Positions 28,660 through 38,664 of a DNA stretch of 64,000 nt are shown here, one piece after another; position 1 is the first letter of the stretch, and every line of letters starts with the position of its first letter. The DNA is taken from the NCBI GenBank assembly GCA_964603685.1, contig CAZRWF010000003.1:13501-77500 (forward strand), written 5' to 3'. Made by a program: the position numbers and the translations under genes. The notes beneath the pieces are model-generated. The model saw nothing but the letters and a program-made list of their open reading frames with translations. It was not told the origin of the DNA and ran no database searches. Origin of the DNA: an uncultured Chitinophagaceae bacterium (lineage in GTDB: Bacteria; Bacteroidota; Ignavibacteria; UBA10030; UBA8401).

Positions 28660-29085
28660 ATGAAGCATCTCCTTGTTCTGTTGTTCATCCTCCCGGGATT
28701 CGCCGCTGCTCAAAATCCGGACGGGAAAAATGTTTCTCTCCATCTCACTCCGGTCTGGTCCTGGGGATCGTCCGATTTTACGCGTTCGACCGCTTTGTGG
28801 TATCCGCCGACACAAGCGAGTCCCGAACAGACTGTTTCGGTCTCGGAGGCCGGTACACTATCACAGCCGTTGGCATTCGCCGTATCCACCTCCCTGAAGA
28901 TTCCGGCCGCATCATTTTTAACGCTGAATGTTTCGTACGCTTTTGCCCAGCGATTCGAAGAGTTCAACGAGAGCGAGACCGAATCCAAATATTTTTCGCA
29001 ATATTGGAAGATCAACGGTGCCGTCCATACCGTCAGTGTAACCGCCAGCATCTACAATCTCTTTTCCGTTTATCAGGGTGAGTAG
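28660..29085 (+). CDS. Small secreted hypothetical protein
   Basis: ORF 28624..29085 trimmed to MKHLLVLLFILPGFAAAQ, a signal peptide; no recognisable domain. Confidence 0.35.
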   Translation: MKHLLVLLFILPGFAAAQNPDGKNVSLHLTPVWSWGSSDFTRSTALWYPPTQASPEQTVSVSEAGTLSQPLAFAVSTSLKIPAASFLTLNVSYAFAQRFEEFNESETESKYFSQYWKINGAVHTVSVTASIYNLFSVYQGE

Positions 29086-29088
29086 CCG

Positions 29089-29622
29089 ATGCATCGACAG
29101 CCGTTGTTGAGACAACTCCGGTCGTACGTCCCTGCGGATCCGTACGAACGCTCCCTTCGCGACCGGATCATTTCATTCGTCGAGCAGCATCCCGATTGTT
29201 TCGAACGATCGTTGGCGATCGGCCATATCACCGCATCGGCATTGATCCTTAACCACGACCGAACCAGGACTCTGTTGACCCATCATCACAAGCTGGAAAA
29301 ATGGCTTCAACTGGGAGGGCATGCGGACGGCGATCCCGATCCGCTTGCCGTGGCCTTGCGGGAAGCAGAGGAAGAATCGGGCCTCGCGGATATTCGGCCC
29401 GTTTCTCCGGAGATTTTCGACGTTGATGTTCATCCGATACCCGCACGGAAATCCGAACCGGAGCATGTACATTACGACATTCGATATTTATTCACGGCGG
29501 ATGATACCCTGCCATTGTCGATCACGACGGAGTCAAAAGATCTTGCGTGGATCCCTCTGTCGGAAATTCGAACGTACACCGTCGAAGAATCGATCCTTCG
29601 CATGGTGAGGAAGGTCCGATGA
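29089..29622 (+). CDS. NUDIX hydrolase
   Basis: 177 aa; NUDIX box GGHADGDPDPLAVALREAEEESGL; stop overlaps the histidine-kinase start (ATGA at 29619-29622). Confidence 0.75.
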   Translation: MHRQPLLRQLRSYVPADPYERSLRDRIISFVEQHPDCFERSLAIGHITASALILNHDRTRTLLTHHHKLEKWLQLGGHADGDPDPLAVALREAEEESGLADIRPVSPEIFDVDVHPIPARKSEPEHVHYDIRYLFTADDTLPLSITTESKDLAWIPLSEIRTYTVEESILRMVRKVR

Positions 29623-31130
29623 AATACTCCCGGAACTTGATTGCCGCGGTTCTTCTCATCATCATTCTGATGCCGGCGCTTTTCTTTTCGGTGTATCAGA
29701 TCTCCGCTCTGTCCGAATCCGAAGAACTGATCGGAACGGTCTATACACGGCAGCTGGATGCAATATTGTTCTCCGTGAATCAATATCTCTTCGACGTCAC
29801 CGACAGCTGGGCGACTCGGATCGAAACGGCACTTCCCGGCGGGGATTTTTCGTCCTTCACCAAATCATCTCCCTCCATTATAGCGATCACGGCCGCGGAC
29901 AGCGCCTTCCGTCCGCTGCGGGTTCATTCTGCCGAAGACCATCGCCGCACGAAACAATTGCGCGACCGGTACGGCGAAATGGTTTCGACGCTCGTCCGCT
30001 ATCGCGGCGCGGGATACCGGAAACTGGAGACCGTCGTGCCGGATGATTCGACCATCACGGTGATGTTCGCCACCGGCACACGCCCGCTCCGTATCATCGC
30101 CGTTTCGATCGATCGGCAGCGATTTGTTTCCGACATCATCGCCAAAAAATTGAACGGCTTGGCCGAAAACGACATCCTGCTCGGCGTGGTGAATAACCGG
30201 ACCGATTCCGTTGTCGTGTCGACCGCCCCGGTCTCCGCCGGCCGCCTGTCGCAGCGCCGTCCGTTATGGGTTTTTCCCGACTACTCGCTCGGAATCGGCG
30301 TGCGGGGAGAATCGCTCGAAGAGATCGCCCGCGGACGTTTCACGCGCAATATGATTTTGATTGTGATCGTCGATCTTCTTTTCATCGCGGGGGCCATTGT
30401 GGTCTACCGGACCGTCCGGCGGGAAATGGAATTGATCGCGCTCCGTTCCGATTTCGTTTCGAACGTGTCGCACGAATTACGCACCCCGCTGGCGCTGATC
30501 CGCATGTTCGCCGAAACGCTCGCGATGAACCGCGTGCCGGGCGAAAAAAAGAAAAAAGAATATTACGAGATCATCCTCCGGGAAACGGAACGCCTCACAC
30601 GGCTGATCAACAACATCCTCAACTTCTCCCGGATGGAAAATGCCACGCGGAAATTCCAGTTCCGCCCTGCGGACCTCAACGCCGCCGTGTCGGCCGTACT
30701 GTCCGTCTATCGCCATCAGCTGGACCGGGAGAAATTCGCCGTCACGACGGATCTGGCCGAAAATTTACCGGCTGTGTCGTTCGATGAAGAAGCCATCGCC
30801 GAGGCGTTACACAACCTGATCGACAATGCGATCAAATACAGCGGGGAAAAAAAATACCTCCGGATCCGTACCGAAACGTCCGGCACCGGTGTGTCGATTT
30901 CGGTGCAGGACGATGGGATCGGCATCGCGCCGGAGCACCAATCGCACATTTTCGAAAAATTCTTCCGCGTAACGCACGGACTGGTCCACACCGCCAAAGG
31001 AAGCGGACTCGGATTGTCGATCGTCCGCCATATCGCGGAATCGCACGGCGGATCGGTTTCCGTCGTGAGCACAGTCGGCAAAGGGAGCACCTTCACTATT
31101 CATTTACCACTGACACCGGCGATGCGATGA
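29619..31130 (+). CDS. Sensor histidine kinase (two TM helices, periplasmic sensor, HisKA + HATPase_c)
   Basis: Start at MKYSRNLIAAVLLIIILMPALFF; H-box VSHELRTPLALI; N/G boxes LIDNAIKYS ... GSGLGLSIV. Confidence 0.9.
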   Translation: MKYSRNLIAAVLLIIILMPALFFSVYQISALSESEELIGTVYTRQLDAILFSVNQYLFDVTDSWATRIETALPGGDFSSFTKSSPSIIAITAADSAFRPLRVHSAEDHRRTKQLRDRYGEMVSTLVRYRGAGYRKLETVVPDDSTITVMFATGTRPLRIIAVSIDRQRFVSDIIAKKLNGLAENDILLGVVNNRTDSVVVSTAPVSAGRLSQRRPLWVFPDYSLGIGVRGESLEEIARGRFTRNMILIVIVDLLFIAGAIVVYRTVRREMELIALRSDFVSNVSHELRTPLALIRMFAETLAMNRVPGEKKKKEYYEIILRETERLTRLINNILNFSRMENATRKFQFRPADLNAAVSAVLSVYRHQLDREKFAVTTDLAENLPAVSFDEEAIAEALHNLIDNAIKYSGEKKYLRIRTETSGTGVSISVQDDGIGIAPEHQSHIFEKFFRVTHGLVHTAKGSGLGLSIVRHIAESHGGSVSVVSTVGKGSTFTIHLPLTPAMR

Positions 31131-31158
31131 CATCGTTTGCCGGAACGGGAACAACACT

Positions 31159-31842
31159 ATGGCACGCATACTCGTTATAGAAGACGAACCGGAGATGCAG
31201 CGCGGATTGCGCGATAATCTGGAGTTTGAAGGTTACGACGTAACGGTGATCGGCGAGGGGAAAAAAGGACTCGAAACGATCCTCGAGAGAAAATTCGACG
31301 TGATCGTGCTCGATGTAATGCTGCCGGGGATGTCGGGCTTCAACATCTGCAAAAAAGTCCGCGCGGAAGGGATCGGAACCCCCATCATCATGCTGACGGC
31401 AAAAGGAGAAGAGGTGGACAAAGTGCTCGGGTTGGAGTTCGGCGCCGACGATTATATCACCAAACCGTTTTCCCTTCGAGAATTTCTCGCCCGGATCAAA
31501 GCAGTGCTCCGCCGCTCGCCGGACGACCGCCGGTCCCCGGCGGAACCGGTCGTGCTCGGGCAGTTACGCATCGACTTCTCCGGATATACGGCGGACAAAA
31601 AAGGGAAGCCGGTCTCGATGTCCTCCAAGGAATTCGATATCCTCCGGTACCTGTGGAAACACCAACAAGAAGTGATCAGCCGCGATGATCTGTTGAAGGA
31701 TGTGTGGGGATATGATGAGACGATCACCTCGCGGACCGTCGACAACTTTATTGTGAAACTGCGAAAACTGATCGAAAAAGACCCCGGCAAACCGAAACAT
31801 ATCATCACGATCCACGGAACCGGATACAAGTTGATCCCGTGA
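31159..31842 (+). CDS. OmpR-family response regulator (receiver + winged-helix DNA-binding)
   Basis: 227 aa; ILVIEDEPEM...VIVLDVMLPGMSGF (acceptor Asp present)...LTAKGEE; C-terminal trans_reg_C. Confidence 0.9.
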   Translation: MARILVIEDEPEMQRGLRDNLEFEGYDVTVIGEGKKGLETILERKFDVIVLDVMLPGMSGFNICKKVRAEGIGTPIIMLTAKGEEVDKVLGLEFGADDYITKPFSLREFLARIKAVLRRSPDDRRSPAEPVVLGQLRIDFSGYTADKKGKPVSMSSKEFDILRYLWKHQQEVISRDDLLKDVWGYDETITSRTVDNFIVKLRKLIEKDPGKPKHIITIHGTGYKLIP

Positions 31843-32002
31843 ATGCCGCACCGTTCCGCTCTGCTTTACACCAACCCGCTCCGCTGCGCACCGGAATGAT
31901 GCGTCCGGACGGCATTTCCCGCGATGACAACATTTTACATGTTCTGACCCGGCAACGACACGAACAATCCGGCGATCACGTATATTACAATAAAAAATCG
32001 CC

Positions 32003-33061
32003 ATGAAAACGTTCCTTATTTTAATGATCCTCACCGTCGGCGCCGCGGCACAACAATTGTCGGATCGTCCGCTGTTGGACCTGCGCGGCACGTGGAAGTT
32101 TGAGATCGGCGACAACCGATCGTTCGCCGATCCGGCGTTCGATGACCGTGCGTGGACCGAGGTGTTCGTCCCGGCGGATTGGGAGAACGAAGGTTTTCCC
32201 GGATACGACGGTTACGCCTGGTACCGCAAAACCATCACGATCCCCTCCTCCGCCAAAGAAAAACAGTTGTATCTCTCCGCGGGATATGTAGATGATGCGT
32301 GCGCCGTGTATGTGAACGGTACGCTAATCGGAGAAGGAGGATCATTACCGCCGCAGTATGAGACGGCATACGACGTTCCGCAGGTGTTCCGGCTCCCCGC
32401 CTCCGTTCTCCGATACGATCGGGAAAATGTCATTGCCATCCGTGTGTTCGACGAGCACCTGAACGGGGGAATCGTCAAAGGGAAGATCGGCATTTACGAA
32501 GTACGGTATCCGCTCCGGTTCGCCGTAACGCTTCCCGACGTGTGGAAATTTAAAACCGGCGACGATCCCGAATGGTCATCCCCGTCCGCCGACGACCGGA
32601 AATGGCAGACACTGACCGTTCCGGCGAAGTGGGACATTCAAGGATTCAAAAATTATGACGGACCGGCGTGGTATCGCGTTTCCTTCGACGTCCCCTCCTC
32701 ACTGCCGGACGATGACTATGTGGTGGTGCTCGGAAGAATCGATGATGTCGATGAAACATTCCTGAACGGGAAAAAGATCGGCTCCACCGGAAGGATCCGC
32801 AGCGACGGAACGGTGCGCCGCTTGGGAGAGGAATACCGCGAACTCCGCGGTTATGAGATATCGTCCGCCGCATTGATCCGGGGAGGAAAAAATATCCTCG
32901 CGGTCCGCGTGTACGACGGATTCAAAGATGGCGGCATCTATGAAGGGCCGGTCGGCATCGTTCGGAAAAAGGAGTTCACTAGCTGGCTCCGGAACGTCGA
33001 ACGTTCGTCCGGGTCCGACAATCCCGTGGAAAAGATCCTCGATAAAATTTTTAACAAATAG
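32003..33061 (+). CDS. Secreted protein with two tandem GH2_N-like (galactose-binding-like) sugar-binding domains, no catalytic domain
   Basis: 352 aa; signal MKTFLILMILTVGAAAQ; internal duplication WTEVFVPADWENEGFPGYDGYAWYRKTITIPSS / WQTLTVPAKWDIQGFKNYDGPAWYRVSFDVPSS, typical of the Glyco_hydro_2 N-terminal domain. Confidence 0.6.
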   Translation: MKTFLILMILTVGAAAQQLSDRPLLDLRGTWKFEIGDNRSFADPAFDDRAWTEVFVPADWENEGFPGYDGYAWYRKTITIPSSAKEKQLYLSAGYVDDACAVYVNGTLIGEGGSLPPQYETAYDVPQVFRLPASVLRYDRENVIAIRVFDEHLNGGIVKGKIGIYEVRYPLRFAVTLPDVWKFKTGDDPEWSSPSADDRKWQTLTVPAKWDIQGFKNYDGPAWYRVSFDVPSSLPDDDYVVVLGRIDDVDETFLNGKKIGSTGRIRSDGTVRRLGEEYRELRGYEISSAALIRGGKNILAVRVYDGFKDGGIYEGPVGIVRKKEFTSWLRNVERSSGSDNPVEKILDKIFNK

Positions 33062-33178
33062 CGGGGCGGGCATTCGGCGTTTCCGCCCCCGCCCGGGAAA
33101 CCGGCATCCGTCCGACATCACGATTTCGTAACACCGTTCCCCGTTTTCCTTCTTCTTTTTTTCGTATCTTTTCCCGCC

Positions 33179-34504
33179 ATGATGACCACACGCGCGCATG
33201 CCCGCCATCAAAAAGCTTGGATCGTCTCCGCCGACATGGGATACGGTCATCAGCGCGCCGTTTTTCCGCTGAAACATGTCGCCGAAGAGGGATTGATCAC
33301 GGTTGGACGGAACGACGACTCGACGGAAAAAGAAAAAAAACAATGGGTCCGCCTGCTTAACCTCTACGAATCGTTCTCCCGCGCGAGAGGGATCCCGATT
33401 ATCGGAAAACCGATCTTCGCGCTGCTGGATGCCGTCATGCATATCCCCGATTTTTATCCGATCCGGAATCTGTCGCGCAGCACGTATCAAGTGGACCTCC
33501 TGGAAAAGAATATCGCCGCCGGACTGTGCACCGGAATGTTGAAGAAGATCTCGTCCCGGCAGCTGCCGCTCGTCACTTCATTTTACGCTCCCGCCATTGC
33601 GGCGGATCTGAACGGCGTCGAACCGATCTACTGCATCGTCTGCGATGCCGACATCAACCGGGTGTGGGTGGCCAAACAGCCGTGGGAGAGCAGAATCAAC
33701 TATTTTTCCCCGTGCAGCAAAGCAGCGCAGCGTCTCCGCTCGTACGGTGTTCCGGAAGAGCGGATCTTCAACACCGGATTCCCGCTGCCGCTTGATTTGA
33801 TCGGAAAAAACCTTTCCGTCCTGAAACAGGATCTCGGGCAGCGGCTGTTTCATCTCGATCCGAACGGACGGTTCCGGGCGTTACACGGAAAAACCGTGGA
33901 ACATTTTCTGGGGAAAAAAAACTGCCGTTTCGCGAAAGACCGCACGTTGACCATCACATATGCTGTCGGCGGCGCGGGGGCTCAAAAAGAAATCGGCGCA
34001 CGGATCGCATATAGTCTGCGCCATAAACTGCACGGAAACGAAGTGCGGATCAATCTCGTCGCCGGTATCCGGCCGGAAGTCCGCGCATATTTCGACGACG
34101 TCAAATCGGACCTGCAGACGGAAAATATTACCGTTATTTACGGTGAAACGCTGCATGAATATTTCCAGCGATTCAACAACGCGATGCATGAAACAGACAT
34201 TCTCTGGACGAAACCGAGCGAACTTTCTTTTTATGCGGGACTGGGGATTCCGATCATCATGACGCCGACGATCGGTGCTCAGGAGCGGTTCAACCGTCAA
34301 TGGCTGTTCGAGATCCATGCCGGCATGAAGCAGGAAAATCCGGATTATACCGAGCAATGGCTGTTCGATCTTCTTGAGAACGGCCGCATTGCGGATATGG
34401 CCTGGAGCGGATTTTTGAAAGCTCGGAAACTCGGCACGGAAAAAATATTGGAAGTGCTCTCCACCGGAGTGATGATCAAAAGTAACTCCCCGCTGGAGCG
34501 CTGA
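33179..34504 (+). CDS. Putative GT-B glycosyltransferase, MGDG-synthase-like N-terminus (GxGH motif)
   Basis: 441 aa; WIVSADMGYGHQRA resembles the G-x-G-H motif of MGDG synthase / UgtP N-terminal domains; 15-bp gap to the next GT gene. Confidence 0.45.
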   Translation: MMTTRAHARHQKAWIVSADMGYGHQRAVFPLKHVAEEGLITVGRNDDSTEKEKKQWVRLLNLYESFSRARGIPIIGKPIFALLDAVMHIPDFYPIRNLSRSTYQVDLLEKNIAAGLCTGMLKKISSRQLPLVTSFYAPAIAADLNGVEPIYCIVCDADINRVWVAKQPWESRINYFSPCSKAAQRLRSYGVPEERIFNTGFPLPLDLIGKNLSVLKQDLGQRLFHLDPNGRFRALHGKTVEHFLGKKNCRFAKDRTLTITYAVGGAGAQKEIGARIAYSLRHKLHGNEVRINLVAGIRPEVRAYFDDVKSDLQTENITVIYGETLHEYFQRFNNAMHETDILWTKPSELSFYAGLGIPIIMTPTIGAQERFNRQWLFEIHAGMKQENPDYTEQWLFDLLENGRIADMAWSGFLKARKLGTEKILEVLSTGVMIKSNSPLER

Positions 34505-34519
34505 ACCGAAAATAACCTA

Positions 34520-35656
34520 ATGGCAACTCCGCCAAAATATCTGTTCCTCTATTTGCGCACCGGCGGTGGTCATCTCGCACCGGCCCGCTCCATCGCCCGC
34601 TATCTTTCCGAACATCATCGCGGCGCCTGCGAGCCCGTGCTGGTGGACGGGTTGACGGAGGCGGCGGCATTCGCCCGGTACATCATTGAGGACGGTTACC
34701 GGCTGTTGCAGGCGAAGGCAAAATGGTATTACGAATTTCTGTACGCCACAAACAAATTTCCTCCTATCGGATATTTTAACGTCTTTGCCGCGAACTTTTT
34801 CATCAAACCGTACATCCGAAAACGGCTGGCGGAAGAGCGGCCGGAAAAGATCGTCATATTTCATTTTTTTCTCATCGCACCGGTCTATCAGGTGTTACGC
34901 GAACTGGGATGGTCGATTCCGGTCATCACGGCGGTGACCGATCCGTACACGGCACACCCGCTCTGGTTCCAACGGAAGGAACAACGGTACATCCTTTTCA
35001 GCGAACGGCTGAAACAGGAACGGATGCGCAAAGGGATCCCGGAAGATCGTCTGCAGGTTTTCCCGTTTATCGTCGACGACCGGTTCACATCGGCATTGAC
35101 GCCCGACCGGTCGGCGACATTCCGCGCCGCCCATTCGTTTGATCCGAACAGAAAGACCGTTCTCATCATCGGCGGCGGAGACGGAATACCGCACGGTGCC
35201 GCGATCCTGAAAAAATTGCTGACCGGATCCGTCCCGGCGAATATCGTTATCGTCTGCGGAAAGAACAAAGAGCTCTTTAATGCTGCGTCGGCGCTCCAAA
35301 AAGAATATCCGCAGCTGACGGTTTTCGGATTTGTTGATTTTGTCTTTGAATTGCTGAATATTGCCGACGTGGTGATCACGAAATGCGGCGCATCGACGAT
35401 CATGGAGATTCTGATGATGAAGAAAGTCCCGGTGATCATCGACTATCTGTGGGAACAAGAACTCGGGAATATGGAGTTCGTTCGCGATGCGGGAATGGGG
35501 ATCTTTGAACGCGACATCGCAAAACTTCCCGCGATCGTCCGGCGGCTTTGCGTCGACCCCGAATGGTACGGCACGTTCGTCCGGAATATCGAATCACAAC
35601 GGCTCCGCAACGGCACCCGCCCGGTCGCCGAATATCTGCTGAAGGTCTCCGTATGA
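34520..35656 (+). CDS. Monoglycosyldiacylglycerol synthase-like glycosyltransferase (GT28, UgtP/MGD-like)
   Basis: 378 aa; YLFLYLRTGGGHLAPARSIA (MGDG_synth N-terminal), C-terminal GT-B nucleotide-binding region. Confidence 0.7.
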   Translation: MATPPKYLFLYLRTGGGHLAPARSIARYLSEHHRGACEPVLVDGLTEAAAFARYIIEDGYRLLQAKAKWYYEFLYATNKFPPIGYFNVFAANFFIKPYIRKRLAEERPEKIVIFHFFLIAPVYQVLRELGWSIPVITAVTDPYTAHPLWFQRKEQRYILFSERLKQERMRKGIPEDRLQVFPFIVDDRFTSALTPDRSATFRAAHSFDPNRKTVLIIGGGDGIPHGAAILKKLLTGSVPANIVIVCGKNKELFNAASALQKEYPQLTVFGFVDFVFELLNIADVVITKCGASTIMEILMMKKVPVIIDYLWEQELGNMEFVRDAGMGIFERDIAKLPAIVRRLCVDPEWYGTFVRNIESQRLRNGTRPVAEYLLKVSV

Positions 35657-36027
35657 ACATGCTCGAAAAAAATCTCTACCAACAGATCCATCCTGCCCGC
35701 CTCACGACCGATTGGGTGACCGGTTTGTATGCGTGTTACTTGTTATGGCACCAGGAGATGGTGCCGGCTATCGTGGTCGCCTTTCTCCCGTCGCTCGTTG
35801 TTTCGTTGTTCATCGTTCGTTTCGTCGATCTCAACACGATCAAACAATCCTCTTTCGGCCGGTATTACAAACGCACCTATTCGAAAACCGTCGACCTCAT
35901 CCGATTCGCCGGTTTCGTGTTGATGGCGGCCGGTGCGTGGATCAACCTTCTCCCGGTGATCGGCGCCGGATTGGCGGTGATCATCGGAACGTGGACCTAC
36001 GGACTGTTTTTCAAGCGGGAAAAATAG
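35653..36027 (+). CDS. Small integral membrane protein (3-4 TM helices), hypothetical
   Basis: Trimmed to ATG 35653 (ATGA overlap with the GT stop at 35654-35656); hydrophobic helices throughout. Confidence 0.5.
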   Translation: MNMLEKNLYQQIHPARLTTDWVTGLYACYLLWHQEMVPAIVVAFLPSLVVSLFIVRFVDLNTIKQSSFGRYYKRTYSKTVDLIRFAGFVLMAAGAWINLLPVIGAGLAVIIGTWTYGLFFKREK

Positions 36028-36038
36028 TATTTTTCTCC

Positions 36039-36422
36039 ATGTCGCTCTTCAGCGAAACCACTGAAAACATCACCGTCACGGTCCGCCCACTCTATCTGGA
36101 AACGGAATCCAACTTTCTTTCCCGAAAATTCGTCTTCGCCTATTTTATCCGGATCGAAAACAACGGCGTCGAGCCGGTCCAGCTGCTGCGTCGGCACTGG
36201 ATTATCACGCATGACACCGGGAAAGTGGAAGAAGTAGAGGGCGAAGGGGTGATCGGGAAACAACCGGTGATCGCACCCGGCGGATTCCACGAGTACAACA
36301 GCTTTTGCATCCTGGAGTCGCTGGAGGGATTTATGGAAGGGACCTATTTGATGAAACGCCCTTCCCGCGAAACATTCACCATTAACATTCCGCGGTTCAT
36401 TCTCCGCGCCATGGCCAATTAA
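36039..36422 (+). CDS. apaG: ApaG-domain protein
   Basis: 127 aa from MSLFSETTENITV; ApaG/DUF525 signature GEGVIGKQPVIAPGGFHEYNS. Confidence 0.75.
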   Translation: MSLFSETTENITVTVRPLYLETESNFLSRKFVFAYFIRIENNGVEPVQLLRRHWIITHDTGKVEEVEGEGVIGKQPVIAPGGFHEYNSFCILESLEGFMEGTYLMKRPSRETFTINIPRFILRAMAN

Positions 36423-36439
36423 CCAATCCCGAGCGGATC

Positions 36440-37519
36440 ATGATGAAACCCTCTCTTCTGCCGTTTGCACTTTTTGTTGCCGCCATCGCGATCTCCTCGT
36501 GCGGAACCACCCGTCCCCTTACCGACGAGCAGGCGATCGATGAAATTTTTTTCGCCTATTCAACGCCGAACGCGCCGGGTGCGGCGTTACTCGTGTTGCG
36601 CAACGATTCGGTCCTGATAAAAAAGTCGTACGGCTTGGCTGATGTGGAGAAGAATGTTCCCGTCACCGCGGCGACAAACTTCCGGCTGGCATCCATCACG
36701 AAACAATTTACCGCTATGGCGGTACTTTTGCTGGAAGAACGGGAACGGTTGTCGTTGGAAGATAAAATACTGAAGTTTTTCCCCGATTTTCCTCTCTATG
36801 GAAAAGAAATCACCGTCCGCCATTTGTTGAACCACACGTCCGGCCTGGTCGATTATGAAGCGCTCGTGCCCGACTCGCAGACCGTACAGCTACTCGATGC
36901 CGATTGCCTGCAATTGATGTTCTCCGTCGACTCGTTGTACTTCGCGCCGGGCACGCAATACCGGTACAGCAATACCGGATATGCGCTGCTGGCTCTGATC
37001 GTGGAAAAAATTTCCGGCGAACGGTTTGCGGATTTTGTGCAGAAGAATATTTTTTCGGCCGTCGGTATGAATACCTCCGTCGCTTTCGAGAACGGACGAT
37101 CGACCGTGGCGCAACGGGCATTCGGCCATTCGTGGATCGACGGGAAATGGGTCCGGACGGACCAGAGTAACACCAGCGCGGTGCTGGGAGACGGCGGGAT
37201 CTATTCGAACGTGGAGGAGATCGCGTTGTGGATCTCCGCGTTATGGAACTACCGGATGCTTCCCGAAGCATCGCAGCATCGCTCGTGGGCGGACGGCGTA
37301 CTAAACGATGGATCGTCGATTGATTACGGCATGGGTTGGCACAAAGAAACGTACCGCGGAATCCGGCATCCCCATCATGGCGGCAGCACACGCGGATTCC
37401 GAAATCATATTCTTGTCTTTCCGGAACAACAACTGATGGTGATCGTCCTGACCAACCGGAATCAGGGAGAACCGATCACGCTCGCCAAAGCGGTGGCGGA
37501 CCGGTTTTTGGTTCCTTGA
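36440..37519 (+). CDS. Serine hydrolase of the beta-lactamase/PBP fold (class C-like esterase)
   Basis: 359 aa; signal peptide plus lipobox-like SSCG; S-x-x-K motif ASITKQF; YSNTGY (Y-x-N) motif. Confidence 0.8.
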   Translation: MMKPSLLPFALFVAAIAISSCGTTRPLTDEQAIDEIFFAYSTPNAPGAALLVLRNDSVLIKKSYGLADVEKNVPVTAATNFRLASITKQFTAMAVLLLEERERLSLEDKILKFFPDFPLYGKEITVRHLLNHTSGLVDYEALVPDSQTVQLLDADCLQLMFSVDSLYFAPGTQYRYSNTGYALLALIVEKISGERFADFVQKNIFSAVGMNTSVAFENGRSTVAQRAFGHSWIDGKWVRTDQSNTSAVLGDGGIYSNVEEIALWISALWNYRMLPEASQHRSWADGVLNDGSSIDYGMGWHKETYRGIRHPHHGGSTRGFRNHILVFPEQQLMVIVLTNRNQGEPITLAKAVADRFLVP

Positions 37520-37533
37520 CGGCGAACCGTCGA

Positions 37534-38556
37534 TTATTTTCCGTACCGCTGTTTCACCGCCGGAATGAGATACTCCTCAAACGACCGGCGGAAATCATAT
37601 TCCGCCTTCCATCCCCATTCTTTCCGCGCCAGTGAATCGTCCACATCCGCCGGCCAGCTATCCACGATCTTTTGTCGCAGCGAATCGGGAGCAAAATTCA
37701 CTTTCGCCGACGGAAACGCCGCTTTGATCACATCGTAAAATTCCTTCGCGGAGACGGAAAATGCGCCGATATTGTACACTACTTGCGTCAATTGTTGGGC
37801 CGGAGTGGCTTCCAGTTTCAGCAGCGCGTTGATCGCATCCGGCATGACCATAAACGGCAGCGTGGCGGTTTCCGGAACGAAACAGTCGTAGACTTTTCCT
37901 TGTGCGGCATAATGCATCATTTCGGGACCGTAATCGCTGGTGCCGCCCGTGGGAAGAGTAACGGCGCTGATCAAACCCGGAAACCGGATCGAGCGGAAAT
38001 CGACATGCGCCGTTGTCGGATGCGGATCGATCTGACGATAATACCAATTGTAATACCGGCCGAGATCTTCGCAATATTTTTTGTTGATGCCGTACATCGT
38101 GCGGGCATCGAGCCATTCGGTCTCTTTCACTTTTCCCGCCTTCATTTTCGTCGGAACGTCGGGCAGTCCGTACGCCGCAATCGAACTCGGAAACAAAAAT
38201 TTTACATTCTCCCCGGTGGCGCGCGCCTGCCGCGCCGCCAATTCGAGCAATCCCAGCGTGCCGTCCACATTCACGCGATGGCCGAGCACCGGTTCCCGCT
38301 CCGCTTTGGTGGAAAGAATTGCGGCGAGATGATAGATCGTGCCGAAGTCATAAAACGCCGCCAGCCGGTCGAGCAGCGACGAATCCATGATGTCGCCGAC
38401 GATCACTTCGTGGCATTTTTCCTGCAATGTTTTGCTTAACGGATGGACGTCGATCGCGACGATCCGCACATCGGGATTCCGCTCCGTCAAACTGGCGACC
38501 AATCCGTGGCCGATCTCCCCGTTCGCACCGGTGATCAGCACCGCTGTTGTGGACAT
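37534..38556 (-). CDS. NAD-dependent epimerase/dehydratase family protein (L-threonine 3-dehydrogenase / UDP-sugar epimerase-like extended SDR)
   Basis: 340 aa; Rossmann VLITGANGEIGHGLV; Y-x-x-x-K motif YGINKKY. Confidence 0.8.
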   Translation of the reverse strand: MSTTAVLITGANGEIGHGLVASLTERNPDVRIVAIDVHPLSKTLQEKCHEVIVGDIMDSSLLDRLAAFYDFGTIYHLAAILSTKAEREPVLGHRVNVDGTLGLLELAARQARATGENVKFLFPSSIAAYGLPDVPTKMKAGKVKETEWLDARTMYGINKKYCEDLGRYYNWYYRQIDPHPTTAHVDFRSIRFPGLISAVTLPTGGTSDYGPEMMHYAAQGKVYDCFVPETATLPFMVMPDAINALLKLEATPAQQLTQVVYNIGAFSVSAKEFYDVIKAAFPSAKVNFAPDSLRQKIVDSWPADVDDSLARKEWGWKAEYDFRRSFEEYLIPAVKQRYGK

Positions 38557-38611
38557 ACTGTTCCTTTCGAATTTTGTGCGGGAAATATAACGAAAATTTG
38601 GCGCGGGTGGA

Positions 38612-38639
38612 AAATGAAAAAGGCGGAATTTCTTCCGCC
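38612..38639 (-). terminator. Rho-independent terminator downstream of the GHL10/T9SS gene
   Basis: Minus strand reads GGCGGAA-GAAA-TTCCGCC followed by TTTTTCATTT. Confidence 0.6.
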
Positions 38640-38664
38640 TTTCGTGGAATGAATCAAACGGCGA

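Noticed and set aside
33062-33100. GC-rich nested hairpins (GCGGGGCGGGCATTCGGCGTTTCCGCCCCCGCCC) after the GH2_N gene as an intrinsic terminator
   Set aside because: Imperfect stem and no U-tract. Could still be a Rho-dependent or weak terminator, but not supportable from sequence alone.
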